This document shows, in pieces, positions 17,763-22,457 of a stretch of DNA of 22,457 nt. The stretch's first letter is position 1; each line of letters begins with the position of its first letter. The position numbers and the translations under genes were made by a program. The notes under the pieces are model-generated. The model was not told the DNA's origin, ran no database searches, and worked only from the letters and a program-made list of their open reading frames with translations. Origin of the DNA: Pseudomonadota bacterium (lineage in GTDB: Bacteria; Bdellovibrionota_B; Oligoflexia; Oligoflexales; CAIMVM01); the NCBI GenBank assembly GCA_037142195.1, contig JBAXBA010000059.1, forward strand, positions 1 through 22,457, in the 5' to 3' direction.

Positions 17763-18923
17763 ATGCAGATATCATTGCATTTTAAAGGCATCGTGGAGTC
17801 GCGGTTAGCGGAGGCCACCCCCCTAATTCAATTCATTATGGGGCCGCGGCAAGTCGGTAAAACAACGGCCATGCAACAAGTGACCGATGCCTTACCGAAG
17901 TCAACTCTATTTCACTTTGCATCAGCAGATGCGGTGTTCAACAGTGACTGGAGCTGGGTTGAGAGGCAGTGGCTAACTGCATAAACGATGGGTCCAGCAG
18001 CTATTCTGATATTGGACGAAATACAAAAAATAGAAAACTGGTCGGAAATCATTAAGAAACTTTGGGATGAAAGCATTCGCTCGCGCTCACCGATTAAGGT
18101 CCTACTTTTAGGTTCCAGTTCGCTTGCGCTGCAAACAGGATTGTCTGAAAGCTTAAGCGGTCGATTTGAACTCATTCGTGCCTATCACTGGAATTTTCTC
18201 GAGTCGCGAGAGGCATTCGGCTATAGCCTAGATGACTATTTGTGCTTTGGCGGATATCCAGGAGCCCATCCATTTAAAAATGATGTGAATAGATGGCTTG
18301 AGTTTCTACGATCATCTATTGTAGAGACAGTGCTCGAAAAAGATATTGCACGGCTTCGACGTATTGCCCGTCCCGCTCTATTTAGGCAAGTTTTTGAACT
18401 TTTGTGCACTTTTCCTGCAGCGGAACTTAGCTTGAGAAAGCTTGTAGGGCAACTTCAAGATCCAGGTAGCATGGAAACGATTAAGCACTATATTGAACTG
18501 ATGGAAGGCGCATTTTTGGTGAAGACTCTCCAAAAGTATAGCACTAACCCCATTCAGAAAAAGTCATCGCCACTCAAAATACTCCCCCTCTGTCCAGCAC
18601 TTTGTACATTTGCTCGCGGCGAAGTTTCTATAGGTCTAGAAGAGCGAGGTCGTTTATTTGAGTTAATCGTAGGATGCGACCTACTCCGCTTGCCCGGAGA
18701 ATTATTCTACTGGCGCTCTGACCAATGGGAAGTCGACTACGTTTACAAAGTAGGAAGGAGTGTCACCGCCATTGAAGTTAAATCTGGACGCAGAAAATCT
18801 CCACATGGCCTTATAAAATTTAAAACACTATTTGAATCCGCCGCTGTAGTAATGATTACACCAGAAAACTACCTGGAATTTACCAGCAATCCAGGAGCTT
18901 ATATAACGGCTCATCGCGCTTAA
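17763..18923 (+). pseudogene. AAA_14/DUF4143 family ATPase interrupted by one in-frame TAA (17982-17984)
   Basis: The two ORFs share a frame. Walker A GPRQVGKTT lies before the stop; Walker B LILDEIQ, LLGSS, ESLSGRF, YLCFGGYP, GRLFE, YWR...EVDYV...IEVKSG lie after it. Confidence 0.88.
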
Positions 18924-18997
18924 GATGCATGTCCTACCGCAAACTCATTGGCTAAAGAATAGAGCCCATTTTATTGGTCGCTTGCGGTCGTATATTC

Positions 18998-19518
18998 TTA
19001 ATGGCCATGCAACTTACTAAACGCTCTGCTCCTTTTGCTCCTCGTCTGGCACGAGAGCTCAACCAAGGCAATAAAATGGACACAAAATTCGTGAAATGAA
19101 ATCCCTTTTTTAATATTTACAACCTCTCTTGCGACCTTTGCGCGAAACTCCATGGCAGTTGAATCTTGACTTATGTCATCAACCATCCTGTTCGCAACGA
19201 TTTCACCAACTAAAACATCATGAACTTTTGCCGCAAGACTTTCTTCAGAAAACTCTAAAAAAACACTAGAAGACGTCGATTCACGGGGAAAATCTCCTTC
19301 GAATCCATATAATTGTCTTAAAATCATATCTACTTTTAAAAGTTCGATTGGCGCAAATTTCGATGCAATATTGAGGATTCTTTTAGAAATAAGTCACTTT
19401 CCCACTGCATTTCACGATTGACTGGTGGACTTTCCTTGGTCGTCAACCTACTTTGAAGCCACTTTATAGGCGAAAAATTTTCAACCTGAATGAAATCAAA
19501 CGTAACAATGAACTTCAA
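18998..19518 (-). pseudogene. Possible frameshifted remnant of an unknown gene
   Basis: Two consecutive protein-like ORFs (60 and 109 aa) in different frames whose open stretches overlap; no clear RBS and no recognised motif. Confidence 0.3.
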
Positions 19519-19843
19519 ATTCTTCTCAGTTGTGGTTCCCAGTTCTTAAAAACTTGGGAGAATATATCGTTTCCAGGAACCGAAACAGCATGCTTAGCTT
19601 TTCTCTAGGCATATTTTCATCGGTAGTTTTGTTTGGCAAACAACATCTTTTGTAAGTATGATCTCTTTTTAAATTTTTCCAGCTTTTGTCCACTCTTTGT
19701 CAAGATCCAAGCAAGATCAATCAATTTTTAGGTTTATAGACATTTAGCCTTTTTCTCGGGATAGATTTCTTTAGAGTAAAAAATACCAACGTTGAAAGCA
19801 CCTTGAGCACTTCTGAACAAGATCGAATTCTTAAACTATTTCC

Positions 19844-20047
19844 TTAGTAGCACTGAAGATAGCCATTGATCTTAACAATACGAGTGCCACCTGTTTTGAA
19901 GCAGCGATGCAATGCTTGCTTGTATTGGAGTGCCTCTACTTGATTTAGAGGCATCGTGCCCCCATCATTGTTCACACCCACATCTCCGCCTGCACATGAA
20001 ATCATTGAGGCCAGAAAAAAGCCGAAAAATAGTACTATCTTAGTCAT
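19844..20047 (-). CDS. Small lipoprotein (67 aa) with a C-terminal Cys pair
   Basis: GAGG RBS, signal peptide with lipobox-like MISC, C-terminus RCFKTGGTRIVKINGYLQCY. Confidence 0.8.
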   Translation of the reverse strand: MTKIVLFFGFFLASMISCAGGDVGVNNDGGTMPLNQVEALQYKQALHRCFKTGGTRIVKINGYLQCY

Positions 20048-20675
20048 AGTGAAAACCTCTTCCGTTGTTTATCTAAAAGTGAATCGGAACCCCCAGGAAA
20101 ATCTTTAATCAACACTGTAGGTAAAAGGCTCACCTTGCGTCCCAAGATGAGCAAGACGGGCTCTTATTTCAAATTCCTAACTCGATAACGACGCACTTAA
20201 GAATTGACATCTTTAACCCTTGAGGCTTTGACAAAAAAGCATTTTTCGAGTTAAAATTTGTGGATTCCAGGGGGTTACAGGCACCAGCTTTTTATCTTTC
20301 AATTTGTGGTTTCGTTTACGTTTCCAATACCTACCAAAAGTCTAAGGTCTAACAGGCAAGGAACAGCCGCTGTTATTAGACTCAAGAAAGCAAGGAATTT
20401 CAATGATCGGCTAGCTAAGCTTCACAATTTCTATACTGGCAGCGCCCAACGCTCTCATAAAGCCACTAGAGTTATCACACGAGATGGCGTTTTCACGCAT
20501 TTTTTCATTCCTATTTCGTTTTTAGTCTTCTTCTAAACCCCATCTGAATCATGAAGAAAAGCCAGGGCTGTTGATGGCAGTACTTCTAAACTAGATGCTT
20601 AGCGAAGGGCGACCTTCATCTTAGTGACAGAGGGCTGTAAGAAGACAGGAAGAAGGAAGAATTCTGGCCTTCTTT

Positions 20676-20720
20676 TTGAAAGAAAAAGGCCTTTGATTCC
20701 GCAGCTGCGAAGTCAAAGGC
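20676..20720 (-). terminator. Intrinsic terminator of the metalloprotease gene
   Basis: Minus strand GCCTTTGACTTCGCAGCTGCGGAATCAAAGGC hairpin followed by CTTTTTCTTT, about 47 nt after the stop. Confidence 0.75.
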
Positions 20721-20766
20721 TAAAGAGAGAACATCTTTTTGGTAATTTAAATTTGGTTACGAGAGA

Positions 20767-22365
20767 TTACATCTCGCACTTATAATGTTCAAATTTAATT
20801 CCCCAAGAGTTTAGGATTCCTTGATCGCGCTTGGCGTTGTCAACTAAGACGAGCTTCCAATCACCTTTTACAGAACCTTCAACAGGCAACTTAACTTCAA
20901 CACGAATATCCCTACCCGGCCTGCGATTGAACAATCGGACGGTTTTACCAGAGGGACTTACGAGGTCGATCGTCAAATCCGCACTGTAGCTATGAGTTAC
21001 ATCCAATTTCACCATAGCTGCAGAAGCTGGCACGTCAGAATCAAGTGAGATAGTAGACGTAATACCCGTTGGGTTTGCATCAGGAATAACTTCACCTGAA
21101 GTCATCATGCCGCCATCTATAGCCTCTACCTTGCCCACAAATAGGCTGTCGGAAATTGCGGTACTACCTTCTGGGCTTTCTACTGAGATTTGATAATCAA
21201 TAGTGCTTCCACAAGTAGTGCCCTCTGCAATTTTAGCCGCAAATCCTTGAGTAGCCGTAGACGTGTTGCCTGGGTCCATGCCAGGAAGTGTGATGCTTTC
21301 AGTGTTCACGATCAATGCAGGATTTGTTGATTTTAATGTCGCCTTCATTGAAGAAACAGGTTTGTCTATCGTTTCATTTTTGAAAGTTGGTATTACGGAA
21401 ATGCTTTCACCAGGCTCGATAATTCCATTCCCATTACCAGAAGCTTCTCTTGCTTTGTTGTTGGCTTTGGTAATCAAAAGAAAGCTAACGTTGGGCTTGA
21501 ACCAGCAACGCGGACGGTTACCTTCGAGAAAACCTAATGCAGAATGGCAGTAGGATCCAATGGTTTCTTTTTCTGTAGCTGCGCTGTTTTGACCTTTAGT
21601 GCTAAATCTTCCAGGTATGATCATAGGATCGAAATTAACGGGACAGATACTACCTGCAAAATAGGTATCTAACCGACATTGAGCTTGAGGATGCGCTGCA
21701 TTAGACTGGCTTACTTCAGTTCTATCGGGCGTATCAATACGTGGTGTTTTACCGCGACCGAGGGCGGCAAGTAAATTGGCCAAGGACTCTCCCGATGCAG
21801 CAACACGATAGCAAAGATTGCGATCAGCCTGGCCTTGCCAAGCTCTGTCGCACCCGGCAACTCCAAAAGCACTCAGCTTAGTTCTGTAGCCAGAATTTAT
21901 AGAATCGGAATGTTTCCATACTTCTCTTAAACATGAGTGAGTCGCAAAATAGTCTGCTTGGCCTTCGGCTGATGCCCAATCATTGTCACCATAATAGAAA
22001 AATCCTCCTAAATGGTGGCCCAACTCATGACAAACAACTGCAGAGAATCCATCATCCGTAACCTCGGGTCTTCTGGCAAGACCACCGTACATATTTAGAA
22101 TCCAAGTGGTTCCTTCTTGCTCGGCAGAAGCATTTACAGTCGTATCAGACCATAAATAATTGACTTTTAAGGTTGCTCCGTGTGACTCCACAATGGGTCG
22201 GTAGGCTGTAACCACTTCATCAATAATTTCTTTAAATCTTGCTTCTGAGATAGAACTCGCGCCGTGCGTTTGTTCTAAATGTAGGCTATTGGGAGGAAAA
22301 AAAGATGCCCTTGCTGAAGTCGCGACTACACTCATAAAAACTAGGCTACGAAACCTATCCCACAT
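20767..22365 (-). CDS. Secreted HExxH zinc metalloprotease with an Ig-like middle domain and a C-terminal proprotein-convertase P-domain
   Basis: Signal peptide (SARA/S); VNASA, MYGGLARR, VVCHELGHHLGG, EGQADYFA; GNGNGIIEPGE Ig-like start; P-domain IPDANPTGITS, DVTHSYSADLTIDLVSPSG, GDWKLVLVD...DQGILNSWGI. ATG 22365 is preferred over TTG 22377. Confidence 0.9.
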   Translation of the reverse strand: MWDRFRSLVFMSVVATSARASFFPPNSLHLEQTHGASSISEARFKEIIDEVVTAYRPIVESHGATLKVNYLWSDTTVNASAEQEGTTWILNMYGGLARRPEVTDDGFSAVVCHELGHHLGGFFYYGDNDWASAEGQADYFATHSCLREVWKHSDSINSGYRTKLSAFGVAGCDRAWQGQADRNLCYRVAASGESLANLLAALGRGKTPRIDTPDRTEVSQSNAAHPQAQCRLDTYFAGSICPVNFDPMIIPGRFSTKGQNSAATEKETIGSYCHSALGFLEGNRPRCWFKPNVSFLLITKANNKAREASGNGNGIIEPGESISVIPTFKNETIDKPVSSMKATLKSTNPALIVNTESITLPGMDPGNTSTATQGFAAKIAEGTTCGSTIDYQISVESPEGSTAISDSLFVGKVEAIDGGMMTSGEVIPDANPTGITSTISLDSDVPASAAMVKLDVTHSYSADLTIDLVSPSGKTVRLFNRRPGRDIRVEVKLPVEGSVKGDWKLVLVDNAKRDQGILNSWGIKFEHYKCEM

Positions 22366-22457
22366 AGCTGCCCCCAAAATGGATTGTTCTTTTTATTTTA
22401 ATCTAGGGCGTGTACTCACAAATTGCTCCAGATATAAGCACAACCAAGGTATAGGAT

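Noticed and set aside
15541..20540. Stop-codon reassignment to explain in-frame TAG/TAA in gap frames
   Set aside because: Well-supported genes end in TAA, TAG and TGA, and conserved genes show no internal stops except the single ATPase case.
2504..21553. Remaining nested or antisense ORFs (e.g. 4498-4698, 6457-6759, 14105-14482, 14630-15037, 16430-16740, 17912-18175, 21263-21553)
   Set aside because: They overlap better-supported genes and show no motifs or RBS.

Overview
Bacterial chromosomal window of moderate GC. The gene content suggests Bdellovibrionota/Oligoflexia, but that is an inference. The left third is a dense housekeeping block: a minus-strand S9B dipeptidyl-peptidase IV gene (missed by the ORF track because it runs off the window edge inside an in-frame 12-bp EQGK repeat) and, divergently, dapA - phosphodiester glycosidase - lipoprotein - three-subunit acyl-CoA carboxylase (CT, BC, BCCP) - pgpA. 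The right two-thirds is a low-coding-density accessory region rich in exported proteins: three coupled paralogous disulfide-type lipoproteins, a sigma54-type promoter driving a DUF3011-like secreted protein, a lipoprotein with a clan CD-like His/Cys dyad, a TIC32/RDH-like SDR, a stand-alone cdsA with a sigma54-type promoter and a long upstream palindrome, a PTA-linker lipoprotein, an AAA_14/DUF4143 ATPase split by one in-frame TAA, a 67-aa lipoprotein, and an HExxH metalloprotease with a P-domain. No rRNA, tRNA, CRISPR array or transposase was recognised. All family assignments are from motif recognition, not database searches.
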